A stretch of DNA of 64,000 nucleotides from the IMG/VR virus record IMGVR_UViG_3300042923_000474, positions 167,725-231,724 of that record. One strand, 5' to 3'. Below are positions 10,163 to 19,853 of the stretch, in pieces; within the stretch, counting starts at the first letter, position 1, and every line of letters begins with the position of its first letter. The notes under the pieces were generated by a model. That model was not told where the DNA came from. It worked only from the letters and a program-made list of their open reading frames with translations, and did no database searches. Both the position numbers and the translations under genes were made by a program.

Positions 10163-10996
10163 TTAGGAAGTGAGGTTATAGTGGAAGTAGGCGATACCCG
10201 AGTAGTCCATGGTTTGCACGTTGGCAATATCCTTGATCACCTGAACAAGCACTCGATCGTAGTCCTTGTTAGCTTCCGGTACCTGCGCCGTACTGTAGTC
10301 GAACATGGGGTTGTTCCATGCCACGGGCCAGTTCGAGTAACCGAACGAAGCCATCAGTGTCCGCATGGCGTTCCCGTCGTTAACGATGTTGTAGAACGGG
10401 TGCTTGCGAACTTTGGCGTAATGTTCCGACCAGTCTTCACTGTAAGTGAACAACGTGATCGGTCGCTTGTTCAGCGTGTCCAGCGTTTGACCCGGATGCA
10501 ACATGACATCGAGATCACGCATGACGACAACCTCAGACAGCAGAGGACGACGTCGGGTAAAGCGAATAACAAACTGGCCGATGTAGGACAATGAAGTGGT
10601 AAGGGCTACGAGGGGGATGTTGACCTCTTCGTTTTCGCCCAACCAGCTGTAGTCAACCTGCTCGAAGTCATCGACATCCAACTGGATGCCCAACTCTTGG
10701 CCGATATACGGCAACATCGAATGCAGGTTTCCGTTACTCAGCCCATTGATCCGGGGACGGATATCACCAAACGCGCTTGTAAGGTCCATCCGCTCGTACT
10801 CAACGGGGACCATGCCTTCATAGGTCGTATCGGGAATCGGCACAACGACACTACGGACCAGGGTAGGTAGGGGACCCTGGACAAACTTAGGCGTGGTAAA
10901 AAGCACATCGTCCGGGTTCAACGGGGAGGGAAGGACATTCTGCTGATTGATGAGATCAACTAAAACGTCCCTGCCCTTTCCAGGGACAAGGATCAT
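10163..10996 (-). CDS. Virion/tail-fibre family paralogue
   Basis: Start moved to ATG 10996 (AGGAG RBS); LVDLINQQN, YEGMVPVEYERMDL, PEANKDYDRV, YFHYN. Confidence 0.75.
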   Translation of the reverse strand: MILVPGKGRDVLVDLINQQNVLPSPLNPDDVLFTTPKFVQGPLPTLVRSVVVPIPDTTYEGMVPVEYERMDLTSAFGDIRPRINGLSNGNLHSMLPYIGQELGIQLDVDDFEQVDYSWLGENEEVNIPLVALTTSLSYIGQFVIRFTRRRPLLSEVVVMRDLDVMLHPGQTLDTLNKRPITLFTYSEDWSEHYAKVRKHPFYNIVNDGNAMRTLMASFGYSNWPVAWNNPMFDYSTAQVPEANKDYDRVLVQVIKDIANVQTMDYSGIAYFHYNLTS

Positions 10997-11091
10997 TTTT
11001 CTCTCCTGAAACCGTGATCTGAAGGGAAGGAATGTGTGCCGGATAGGAAACATTCACATAGGATTAGCCCTTGCTGAAATAAGATAGGTAA

Positions 11092-11123
11092 GGGCATAAA
11101 AGAGAGTGGCCTTTCGGCCACTC
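11092..11123 (-). terminator. Hairpin terminator
   Basis: GAGTGGCC-GAAA-GGCCACTC then TCTTTTATGCCC on minus strand. Confidence 0.75.
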
Positions 11124-11156
11124 CCAGTGAGTCCCTTCGTTCACGCACGTCAGGTC

Positions 11157-11720
11157 TTACTCGGCCGGCGGGGTTGCCGGAGGAGTTGGGTAGTTCAGAC
11201 CAGACAGAGTGGTCACGGTGATCACGTCGGACAATGGGATGTCTTCAGCGGTCAAGGTCACGCTCAGGGATTCCAGGAAGACGTAGGAGTCTGCGTCAGC
11301 CGGGATCTGGATGATCTTGGTTTCGTTGGGAGTACCTTCCCAATCACCGATGTCGCCGTCGATGTAGTCGTCGGCGGTCAGGTTGATGCCGAGTGCAGTG
11401 TTGATCTCGTCGATCAGGTCTGCGAACTTGGCAGCGTCACCTACCGGGATCTCCAGCGCGCCAGTGATGCCAGCGGCGGCGATGAAGCCGTCGAGAGCCA
11501 GGCGGTTGTAGTTCACGGCCACTTCACCGGTATAACCGGAGTTAGGCAGAGCCGACACTTCCAACGTGGTGTTGGCCACTGGGTTCTGACCAGTAGCGGC
11601 TTGAGGCACGCCCAGACCCATTACGGTGCTGGAGATGGTCTTGCCAGGGTTGTCGAAGTTGATGAGATCGAAAATGATCTCTTTTGGAGCTTTCTTGAAG
11701 TCACTGACATGGAGGGCCAT
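11157..11720 (-). CDS. Short virion protein, N-domain-only member of the family
   Basis: Start ATG 11720; EIIFDLINFDNP, YTGEVAVNYNRL, LSGLNYP; highly biased codon usage. Confidence 0.7.
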   Translation of the reverse strand: MALHVSDFKKAPKEIIFDLINFDNPGKTISSTVMGLGVPQAATGQNPVANTTLEVSALPNSGYTGEVAVNYNRLALDGFIAAAGITGALEIPVGDAAKFADLIDEINTALGINLTADDYIDGDIGDWEGTPNETKIIQIPADADSYVFLESLSVTLTAEDIPLSDVITVTTLSGLNYPTPPATPPAE

Positions 11721-11817
11721 GGGGACACCTTTTGGTTGCTGCGTGATGGAAAAAGGCCCCTTAGTAAAGGACCACATATCATAGTAAAGTTATAGACGAC
11801 CGCCTAGGGGCATTTAA

Positions 11818-12486
11818 ATGCAAGGGTTATTCATTACGTTGGAAGCAACTGAGGGGGCGGGCAAAGGTACCTCTCGTGGTTTCCTCGACGACTGTTTCAA
11901 AGCATCGGGTAGAACCACTACCTTAACCCGTGAACCGGGCGGTACACCACTGGCTGAAAAGATCCGTGAGCTGTTGCTGAGTCCCAGTGACGAGCCGATG
12001 TGCAATCAGACCGAACTGCTATTGATGTTTGCCTCTCGCATGCAGCACGTTGAGGGTGTCATTGGTCCTTACAAGGCCAAAGGCTGTGTGGTGCTCTGTG
12101 AGCGGTTCCTCGATAGCACGTACGCTTATCAGCATTATGCTCGGGGAATGCCTAAGGAGCTACTGGACGGGCTTGTGGAGCTACTTAAGCCACCGGTACC
12201 TGACTACACTTTCATTCTAGACATCGATCCGGTGATTGGGATGGCGCGTGCTAGCGCTCGTGGTGTGTTAGACCGTATTGAGCAGGAGCACATCGACTTT
12301 TTTCACCGTGCTCGAAACGGTTTTCTATCACGAGCCAAGGAAGATACTTCAGGGCGTTTCCGTATTGTCGATGCAACGCCACCGATTCCAGAAGTACGCA
12401 AGCAATACCTTGATCACCTACTTAACGATAACTTGATTACGCCAGAGGCTGCTGTCCTGGTGAGAGGAAAATACGATGTCGCATAA
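11818..12486 (+). CDS. tmk: Thymidylate kinase
   Basis: P-loop EATEGAGKGT, TREPGGT, ELLLMFASR, ERFLDSTYAYQ, PDYTFILD, DRIEQE. Confidence 0.95.
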   Translation: MQGLFITLEATEGAGKGTSRGFLDDCFKASGRTTTLTREPGGTPLAEKIRELLLSPSDEPMCNQTELLLMFASRMQHVEGVIGPYKAKGCVVLCERFLDSTYAYQHYARGMPKELLDGLVELLKPPVPDYTFILDIDPVIGMARASARGVLDRIEQEHIDFFHRARNGFLSRAKEDTSGRFRIVDATPPIPEVRKQYLDHLLNDNLITPEAAVLVRGKYDVA

Positions 12487-13966
12487 AGGCAAGCACCCCT
12501 ATGAACTCAACCCAGTTGACTTCGTTAACAACCCAACTCACCGCGCACACATTCTCGAAGGTCTGGAAGGTTTCCTGAAACTGGATTACACCCTAGACCA
12601 CAGCCCGGTGGCTGAAGGCCCAGCCGAAGCAGCCCGTAAATGGATTCGTCAGGTTATTGACTGGGCCCAGTGCAATAAGGGCTACGCCGAGCAGATCGAA
12701 GAGGTCAAGTCTGGTGGTATGACCCGGCAACAAGCCGAGGATATGGTTGATGACATTCGCAAGGACGTTATCGGCTTCCACAAAGACGTGGATCGCTCAC
12801 TGGAACTGATCAAGGAAATGCAAGCGCGTCCTGATGCCGACCCTGCGCTGGACTACATTGGTAAGGCTCTACGTCGTGCCAAATCGGGTGGTGGCATTGA
12901 CGTGTTCGCTCTGTCGGCTAAGGCTGTCCGTCATAAAGACGTTGAGCAGATCATGCCGGTCAGCCTGCAACAGATTGCCCATCGCCTCCGCAGTCGGTCA
13001 GGACCTGTGGTCAGTCAGCTGGAAGTGATTGAAGCCATCGAAGCATTGCCAGAAAGCCTGCGTAAGCATCGCGATCTGGTGGGCCGTGGTCTGACCGAAC
13101 CTAAGGTCACCTACGATCCAGTGGTCACCGAAGTCAAGCAGTACATCGAGAACGTTCAGGCGGCTCGTGGCTATCTCAGTCAAGCCGACATGCCTGACCA
13201 ACTGGAAGAGGTGGAAGACTATCTGGTCGCCCACCTGCGTTGGCTGATGGCACCTCGCCATAACCTGAACCCGGTGATGGAACTCAAACACATCGCCGAG
13301 ATCATGCGCGATTGGATCGCTGCCGAAAGTTTGGCCTCGCATGTGAAGTTTGACATGTCGAACATGGTCGAGTCTCTGGAGAAGCTGGCTGCACAACACG
13401 CTGCTGCTCCGGTGGAAGTGAAGCTTGACGGTAGCGGTACTCGTACCGTATCGCGCCTTGAGCACACGCTGGAAGTCCTCTCTGGCGCCGCTGATGCTCA
13501 CCCCCTGGACATCGACCAACAGAAGCTGCGTGAAGTTGAATTGTGGCTCAAGGCCATCGTCCTGAACAACCCAGGTTTCAAGAACCTCGGGCAAGAAGGC
13601 TACATCCTCGTACCGGCTGGCAACAACGTACCGGGCCGTGTGGTTGATGCGGTGAATGATTACCTCATCATGTACGGTCAGGGTACTCACAAGGCTGAAG
13701 ACCTGCGTGGTCAGGCTGCTCGTTCTGGTTCTGCGGCCATCTGCAACATGCCTGAATGGTTCGCTCAGACCTACGGCCATGTCAGCAAGGGCGGCTTTGC
13801 CTCGCTGATGTACCACACCATGTTGGCGGTGGCTGCGCAGGACGAACCCAAGGGTGTCTACCTGAAAGGGGCGAAGGTCGAAGAGTTGGAAGCTGCCCTG
13901 AAGGCTGGGGTCAAAACGGCGTGGACCGACTTTGTCGAGTCTGCTGAGAAGGTGGATGCACGATGA
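12476..13966 (+). CDS. Hypothetical protein (496 aa, helical)
   Basis: Long ORF with phage-type codon usage, overlapping both neighbours. Confidence 0.85.
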   Translation: MSHKGKHPYELNPVDFVNNPTHRAHILEGLEGFLKLDYTLDHSPVAEGPAEAARKWIRQVIDWAQCNKGYAEQIEEVKSGGMTRQQAEDMVDDIRKDVIGFHKDVDRSLELIKEMQARPDADPALDYIGKALRRAKSGGGIDVFALSAKAVRHKDVEQIMPVSLQQIAHRLRSRSGPVVSQLEVIEAIEALPESLRKHRDLVGRGLTEPKVTYDPVVTEVKQYIENVQAARGYLSQADMPDQLEEVEDYLVAHLRWLMAPRHNLNPVMELKHIAEIMRDWIAAESLASHVKFDMSNMVESLEKLAAQHAAAPVEVKLDGSGTRTVSRLEHTLEVLSGAADAHPLDIDQQKLREVELWLKAIVLNNPGFKNLGQEGYILVPAGNNVPGRVVDAVNDYLIMYGQGTHKAEDLRGQAARSGSAAICNMPEWFAQTYGHVSKGGFASLMYHTMLAVAAQDEPKGVYLKGAKVEELEAALKAGVKTAWTDFVESAEKVDAR

Positions 13967-14667
13967 GTAAGCGCAAGATTGCCTGTATCCTGGCAACCAA
14001 CCTCGTCAGCACAATTGGCGATAAAGGTAAGTTGCCCTGGCACCTACCCGATGATTTGGCTCGCTTTAAGCGAATCACTTCGGGCAACACCATCGTTATC
14101 GGTCGTCGTACTCATGAGAGCTTGCAAGAGTTTCGTGATACGGCTATCCGTGCCCATGACCGCAAGGTTAAGGAAACGTGGGAGTGGTTTGACAGTGAGA
14201 AGGCGACTCTGGAAACACAGGGTCACTCAGAAGCCAAACTGAAACGCCTGATCAGTAAGAAGGCGTATCAACGCGACCTGTCTCTGTCGTTGATCCATCC
14301 GGTCTACCCCACCCACAGTTTGCCTAACCGCAAAACCATCGTGGTGTCCAAGACCATGGCGGAAGTCACCGATAACCCGAACATCGTTGTCGTGCGGTCG
14401 GTAGACGAGGCGATTGTGGTGTGGCGCGCTCGTGGTCAGGGTACGTTGTATTGTGCCGGTGGGGCTGAGCTTTACAAAGAGTTCTGGCCCCACATGGAGC
14501 TGCTGCACCTTACGCTGCTCAACAACAGCACTGAAGGTGACACCAAGTACCCGTTTGAACTCGCAGGTGGCGAATGGCGGATGCTCGCTCGTCAGATCAT
14601 GCGCAAGGATGACGGGTCAGGCGAAGTGAGTCACACCTTCTTCACCATGGACCGAAAGGGCGCTTAA
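13963..14667 (+). CDS. folA: Dihydrofolate reductase with large insertion
   Basis: IGDKGKLPWHLPDDLARFK, IGRRTHES, LPNRKTIVVS, AGGAELY, GDTKYP. Confidence 0.92.
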   Translation: MSKRKIACILATNLVSTIGDKGKLPWHLPDDLARFKRITSGNTIVIGRRTHESLQEFRDTAIRAHDRKVKETWEWFDSEKATLETQGHSEAKLKRLISKKAYQRDLSLSLIHPVYPTHSLPNRKTIVVSKTMAEVTDNPNIVVVRSVDEAIVVWRARGQGTLYCAGGAELYKEFWPHMELLHLTLLNNSTEGDTKYPFELAGGEWRMLARQIMRKDDGSGEVSHTFFTMDRKGA

Positions 14668-14669
14668 CA

Positions 14670-15044
14670 ATGAAGCTTTGGACAATCCAGCTCGGCCAGT
14701 GGCGTCTAGCACAAAAGAAAAACATTACAATGGTTAACACCACGGTGATGTCTGGAATGTCCTGGCTTGCTCCTAGTTGGGACATGGTTAAAGGTCACAA
14801 GCTGAAAATCTACACAGATGCTCAGTACACTGCCAAGTTCATCCCCATGATGGTCTTGTCGGAATGTGACCACCGCGACAAATGGCTAGAACTTGCCAAC
14901 ATGGAAGAGGTAGCCATTGCTTGTTATTGTAAGGCTGGGGCATTTTGTCACCGCATGTTGCTGGTTGAGATACTGCGGGTATTCTGCGAACGAGAGGGGA
15001 TTGAGTTTACTTACATGGGTGAACTCAGGAAGGAGGCAGCATGA
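14670..15044 (+). CDS. DUF488-like protein
   Basis: LAPSWDMV...CYCKAGAFCHRMLL pattern recalled for phage DUF488-related proteins. Confidence 0.6.
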   Translation: MKLWTIQLGQWRLAQKKNITMVNTTVMSGMSWLAPSWDMVKGHKLKIYTDAQYTAKFIPMMVLSECDHRDKWLELANMEEVAIACYCKAGAFCHRMLLVEILRVFCEREGIEFTYMGELRKEAA

Positions 15045-15595
15045 GCAATCACTACGCTTATCAAACGCACGGGATGTACAAGAATCTCGTGGCAGACATT
15101 GTTCATTCACTTCGCAAGAGTGATTGGCCAAATGAAAAGGAAGTGCTGGAGAGCCTGCCAGCCATTCCGGCTGGACGTGGCGACATGTCCATTCATTTCT
15201 GTGTAACCAAGCAGGGCAGCATTGTCCTTATTGCCATGGAGGGTACTACTGAACTGGCTCACTGGCATTTGGACGCCTCTGATACTGGTGTTGTGGTGGA
15301 TGAAGCCTCCATCATGAGCATCGGTCGGCTGCAGAACACCCTTGAGCAATTCTGGGACGCGTACATTAACAAGTGTACCCGCATCGACATGAACCACCAT
15401 CGGCGTGGGTTGACGCCCCAGACTATGAGAAGTCGGCATTACTTCGCTGATCAGGCACTGCGCTCGTGGTTGGAACACAAGTGCGTTGACATTACCGTTC
15501 GGCCAGGTGAGGTACGCATCGGTAACGATGTCTATCACACCAACCGTTCGTGGCGTCGTAGCGTACGTGACATGGTAGGTCTCAGTGAAAAATGA
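15041..15595 (+). CDS. Hypothetical protein
   Basis: ATGA coupling with GGAGG RBS. Confidence 0.8.
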   Translation: MSNHYAYQTHGMYKNLVADIVHSLRKSDWPNEKEVLESLPAIPAGRGDMSIHFCVTKQGSIVLIAMEGTTELAHWHLDASDTGVVVDEASIMSIGRLQNTLEQFWDAYINKCTRIDMNHHRRGLTPQTMRSRHYFADQALRSWLEHKCVDITVRPGEVRIGNDVYHTNRSWRRSVRDMVGLSEK

Positions 15596-16017
15596 AGACC
15601 CCCATCAACTCTGTACTGGAAGAGTTTGTTAATGACGTAGGGCTAGCCCTGGGCATGGACTGGCGCTACCAATACCAACCTTACTACGACGACCCTGGAG
15701 CGGGTCTGGAGATTGAGATCTCGGTCTACGGAATCTTTATCTCTTATCCAAATTGTCACAACAGTGAGCGGACCACTGTGACTTACGGTATCAGTGACAA
15801 GCAGTACCCGGTAGATTGGGAAACCCTTAGGGCAGGGTTGATCTTCTTCTATCGGTTGATTGGGCAGCACGTGTTACCAGACTGCGTCACCCTTAAGCCG
15901 TGTGGGTTGACCAAGTTTGCGGTGGGCATGACCAAGGCAGTGATGCAAGGCATGCGCGATAGTCGAGTGGTGTTGATGTCATTCAAGGATGGGCGTAACG
16001 ACGTGGCATTCAAGTAA
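15592..16017 (+). CDS. Hypothetical protein
   Basis: ATGA overlap; ends at hairpin. Confidence 0.75.
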   Translation: MKTPINSVLEEFVNDVGLALGMDWRYQYQPYYDDPGAGLEIEISVYGIFISYPNCHNSERTTVTYGISDKQYPVDWETLRAGLIFFYRLIGQHVLPDCVTLKPCGLTKFAVGMTKAVMQGMRDSRVVLMSFKDGRNDVAFK

Positions 16018-16018
16018 G

Positions 16019-16058
16019 GGCATAATCCCCCACCCGAAGGTGGGGGAGCACTTATGCC
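16019..16058. terminator. Bidirectional hairpin between convergent genes
   Basis: GGCATAA-TCCCCCACC-CGAA-GGTGGGGGA-..-TTATGCC. Confidence 0.8.
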
Positions 16059-16564
16059 GTCTGTGGGTAGTTCAAGCCACCCAGACTTGTGACGCGTATT
16101 ACTTCAGACAGTGGGATCAGTTGGGGTTTGATCACTTCTGCCAGAATCTGACCTTTGTAGAAGAGTGAGTCGGGACTTGCTTGGAGCATAACCATTGCTT
16201 CACCGTCGGTCCACTCAATGGGGCCATCGAGCAGGTCGTCGGTTTCCACGTTGAACCCGTACTTAAGTTGCAGTAAGGGAATCAGTTGGTGGATGGTTTG
16301 AGCGTAGGCTTCTAGTTCCAACGTATCCAGATTGATCTGTGAGAACAACCATTCCAGATCCAACTTATCAAAGGTTGAGACAACACTACCCGTCCAACGC
16401 TTTTGATCTAGCGATGTAATGGTAACGGCGGTATCACCCACCATGTCTGGGTTGTCGTTGATCCTGGGATCGCCTACATACAGCAGGTCGTAGGGAATCT
16501 CATAGTCACTCGCTACAAAGATCAAGTCGAGCAGAATTTCCTTTTGGGGCCTTAATGTCGACAT
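16052..16564 (-). CDS. Isolated short virion-family paralogue
   Basis: Start ATG 16564; [34 protein letters not shown] as in 11157-11720. Confidence 0.75.
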   Translation of the reverse strand: MSTLRPQKEILLDLIFVASDYEIPYDLLYVGDPRINDNPDMVGDTAVTITSLDQKRWTGSVVSTFDKLDLEWLFSQINLDTLELEAYAQTIHQLIPLLQLKYGFNVETDDLLDGPIEWTDGEAMVMLQASPDSLFYKGQILAEVIKPQLIPLSEVIRVTSLGGLNYPQTA

Positions 16565-16650
16565 GCGTGTATCCTCTGTGTGCGCATACCATTCTTCAAC
16601 TCCCACACCCTAGGGACAATCTATCAGACCACTCAATCTCTGGAGCCACT

Positions 16651-17286
16651 ATGTCTTTCCTTTCCGATATCTCGATCCGCGAACGTTGTGTTGCCCAGTT
16701 TCTAGGTAACCGACTTGCCAGCCCGATGATCGAACCTTTCTTCGAAGAATCGGTGAGGACCGAAGTTCGCAAGATGGGCAAATGTGATGTTAACGTTGAC
16801 GTCTTCTCGTACGGTCTTTCCAGCTACGGTTATGACGTGCGGCTGGCCGATAGTCTGGAGATCTTCACCAACATCAACAACGTGAGCGGTGACGCCAAGC
16901 GTCCAGCCAGCGGGAATAAGGTCAAGGCCGAGATCCTGACAGACAACTACGGTGGTCGCTTCGCATGGCTGCCCGCCGGTGGCTTCATGTTGGGTCATAC
17001 CGTGGAATACTTCCGCATCCCTCGCAACGTCATCGTGATCTGTCTGGGCAAGTCCAGCTATGCTCGCGAAGGTATCATCGTCAACGTGACCCCGCTGGAA
17101 CCGGAATGGGAAGGTCAGGTAGTTATCGAGATCTCCAACACTTCCGGTGTACCGCAGAAGATCTACGTGGACGAAGGCATCAGTCAGTTCCTGTTCGGCA
17201 TGGGTGACATGAACTGCGCCGTCTCCTACAAGGACCGTGGTGGCAAATACCAAGGTCAGACTGGTATCACTCACGGCAAGGTCTAA
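16651..17286 (+). CDS. dcd: dCTP deaminase
   Basis: Start ATG 16651 (GGAG RBS); [33 protein letters not shown]. Confidence 0.95.
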   Translation: MSFLSDISIRERCVAQFLGNRLASPMIEPFFEESVRTEVRKMGKCDVNVDVFSYGLSSYGYDVRLADSLEIFTNINNVSGDAKRPASGNKVKAEILTDNYGGRFAWLPAGGFMLGHTVEYFRIPRNVIVICLGKSSYAREGIIVNVTPLEPEWEGQVVIEISNTSGVPQKIYVDEGISQFLFGMGDMNCAVSYKDRGGKYQGQTGITHGKV

Positions 17287-17288
17287 TC

Positions 17289-17537
17289 ATGCCTACAATG
17301 AAACTGAAGGACCACGTAGCACGGTACATCATCCTGAGTCCGATCAACGGTGAAGAGATCCGGTTTATTCTGGGCGTTAATGCACCAGAAGACCTGGGTC
17401 AGCAGGCAATGAAATGGTACGTGGACAACCCAGAGAGCACTGTCCATGATTTGGCCTTGTGGATGCAGGGTAAGAACTGGGGCGTGGTAGCAGATTACGA
17501 GGCGGTCTCACTGAGCCGCCCAAGGAAGAAAGCATGA
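17289..17537 (+). CDS. Hypothetical protein
   Basis: Tightly packed ORF. Confidence 0.75.
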   Translation: MPTMKLKDHVARYIILSPINGEEIRFILGVNAPEDLGQQAMKWYVDNPESTVHDLALWMQGKNWGVVADYEAVSLSRPRKKA

Positions 17538-18040
17538 GACAAGACGATCCATGGTTGGTATCTCGTTACTCACCGATCACGATTGACGGCACCATCTACT
17601 TCACCATCGCGGTGGGGTTGCCGGCGGGAACACTGCGTGAACGTAAGTCGCCTCGACTGGTTACTTACGTCGATCCCAAGACCGGGTGCGAATACACCCG
17701 TGAGGCCGACGACATGTTGCAGCGCTGCTGCTTTGCGACCCTCGATCAGGTTCAGGATACACTGGACTATCTCAAGCCCCACCATTACCGGGCCGTCCAG
17801 ATCATGGCAGGGCATAAAGACGCCATCCCCGTCACCATGGTTATCAAGTCTTTCCCAGAAGCACGTGGGCAGGCACTGAATATTCGGGACCGTGAGCTGA
17901 TCCGTAAGTACAGCGCGGAACTTGATCCTCATGATCCTGCAAATTCTATTGTAGTGGCGGCGCGCTTGGTGGAAGAACACCAGGCCACTCGGTTTATTCG
18001 TCTCTCCCGTATTTTGGGCGGGACTATCTGGAGCGTTTGA
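17534..18040 (+). CDS. Hypothetical protein, N-terminus weakly DUF1653-like
   Basis: GTIYFTIAVG...LVTY...EYTRE resembles the Y-x-V...V-x-Y...W-x-R pattern. Confidence 0.6.
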   Translation: MRQDDPWLVSRYSPITIDGTIYFTIAVGLPAGTLRERKSPRLVTYVDPKTGCEYTREADDMLQRCCFATLDQVQDTLDYLKPHHYRAVQIMAGHKDAIPVTMVIKSFPEARGQALNIRDRELIRKYSAELDPHDPANSIVVAARLVEEHQATRFIRLSRILGGTIWSV

Positions 18041-18041
18041 A

Positions 18042-18299
18042 ATGGTAATGCGTGTTTGGCCAGCCAAGGTCAAGATTGAAGTGACCCGCCTTCTGGATCA
18101 GGATGTTAAGGTTCCAGGTGATGCTATTATCCATCAGGAACAACTCATCGTCCGTGTAGAGGGCCTGTGTGCAGATGCCGTGCTGCGCAAGATCAAGGAC
18201 CACTACAAGGCCATCGACAAGAACTGCGACGTCAAGATTCTGAGCGGTGTCGACTGGTATCCTGCCGACATGATTGGCAAGGTTGAATTAAGTTTCTAA
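18042..18299 (+). CDS. Hypothetical protein
   Basis: Adjacent ORF, typical codon usage. Confidence 0.75.
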   Translation: MVMRVWPAKVKIEVTRLLDQDVKVPGDAIIHQEQLIVRVEGLCADAVLRKIKDHYKAIDKNCDVKILSGVDWYPADMIGKVELSF

Positions 18300-18339
18300 A
18301 GGGTCTGCTAGATGTATTAGCAGAAAGTATAAGGATCGC

Positions 18340-18624
18340 ATGATGCGACGGATTCTCTTAGGGGGGTCGGGGTTGGGACTTGCTTTGGCTTTGGCTGCAC
18401 TGGCACATGCCGTGGAGCCGGTTTGCGAAGGAGTGGAGTTGCCGTCTTTAGAGACGGACGACGTCGCTGGCCTACGCGTTGCCGCTAGCTCTCCCAACTC
18501 TCGATTCCCCGCCTATTCGGCTGTACCTACGAGCAGAGAACTAGGTGCCGCCCCTCTGAACCGCACGAGTCGGGATCGTGTATGGACAGCTGGGGTCGCG
18601 CAGAGTCCGATGAAGACCTTTTGA
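18340..18624 (+). CDS. Doubtful small secreted protein
   Basis: AAGGA RBS and signal-peptide-like N-terminus (..ALAALAHA/VEP) but atypical codons. Confidence 0.35.
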   Translation: MMRRILLGGSGLGLALALAALAHAVEPVCEGVELPSLETDDVAGLRVAASSPNSRFPAYSAVPTSRELGAAPLNRTSRDRVWTAGVAQSPMKTF

Positions 18625-19232
18625 ACCTAGGGTGCCATGCCGACTTAGCCCACTATCAAATTCGGCACATAAGGAAAACAAGGAGCATCACACGAACTAC
18701 TTGATCCGCTGGGCACTAATCCTGCTCGGGTCAGTAGTCGCAGTACCAACTATTCTTACGCGGAATGCTACCGTTCTCTTGCCATGGACCGTGGAGGTCC
18801 CGCAGGTTGAAACGCGTTCTTCGTTTGCACAGTTGGTATGGAAAAGTGTGTTGGCTGGGATCGGCAAACTGCCTACCCAAACCCACAGCACTTTCGCGAC
18901 TGCCTGACAAACTCACAGGCCGCTTAGCCAAAGTAGAGGTTTAAATGGACCTCATTAGGGATGGCTCTCAGCCTACCTGTATATCTGCACAGAATCCTGC
19001 TCGCGAGGACAAGGCATCCTGAGTTCCCACGGACCCAGACCCTGTACCTTACCCAGGCCTAGGCAGTGACCGCTCGACGATACCCCTATTCCATACGCTT
19101 CCCTGATCTCTCTAGCACCAGCTGATGCGCTCAGCCGGTTTCACTGACGAGACTTGAGTGGCTATGAGTCTAGTGGGTATTCGTTGGGTATTCATTTTCC
19201 ATTTATGCCCTTGGGTCCTTTTAAAGAGATTT

Positions 19233-19256
19233 GAGACCTAGATCATGAACTTGAAT
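19233..19256 (+). promoter_or_regulatory. Putative phage early promoter
   Basis: GAGACCTAGATCATGAACTTGAAT, intergenic. Confidence 0.65.
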
Positions 19257-19311
19257 AGCTAACAGTAATGTTCGGCTTTTCCCTAATGTCCCAATACAAG
19301 GAACCTGTTTC

Positions 19312-19794
19312 ATGCGTCAGATCGACGAGCAAAACAATGAAGTCGCCATCGAGCGCATCCGGGCCACCTTTGATGCATTGGTGGATGGTTTGGGTATTGA
19401 CGTACCTGGCCTGCTCAGTGGTGAGAAGACCTACCTCGTCTTTCCCGAAGACTTGGTCAAGCCGAGTATCGTGCGCCCTGCTGAAGGCGACATGGTCTAT
19501 GGCCTGAACAACAACGACGTGGAAACCATCGGGGTTTTCAATGTCATGGGTTGGGCACTGTTCTCCCGTGATGGTAGCTTTGAGCTGCCTGATGGTGCAG
19601 AAGAAGTTGACCCACTGGATATCTATCCGGTACACGAGCACTACGATTACTGGTACGAGCTGATTGGCAGCTATATCCGTACCACCGACATGCCAGACAA
19701 AATCGAAGACCCTTACGACGACGAGATCAATGTCGAAGAAGGTTTCGGCGCTGCTGACGTTGACGGTGAACCAGTCGACCCGGAAGACGCATAA
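19312..19794 (+). CDS. Acidic hypothetical protein, putative early gene
   Basis: AAGGA RBS; follows promoter motif at 19233. Confidence 0.85.
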   Translation: MRQIDEQNNEVAIERIRATFDALVDGLGIDVPGLLSGEKTYLVFPEDLVKPSIVRPAEGDMVYGLNNNDVETIGVFNVMGWALFSRDGSFELPDGAEEVDPLDIYPVHEHYDYWYELIGSYIRTTDMPDKIEDPYDDEINVEEGFGAADVDGEPVDPEDA

Positions 19795-19853
19795 GTCTAG
19801 CCGCTTCGATTTATCCTTTTGATGTTTTACCCATTTACTGGGGGAGAGTAACT

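Noticed and set aside
19144-19175. CTGACGAG resembling a hammerhead ribozyme core
   Set aside because: No GAAA after a closing stem II and no stems I or III found.
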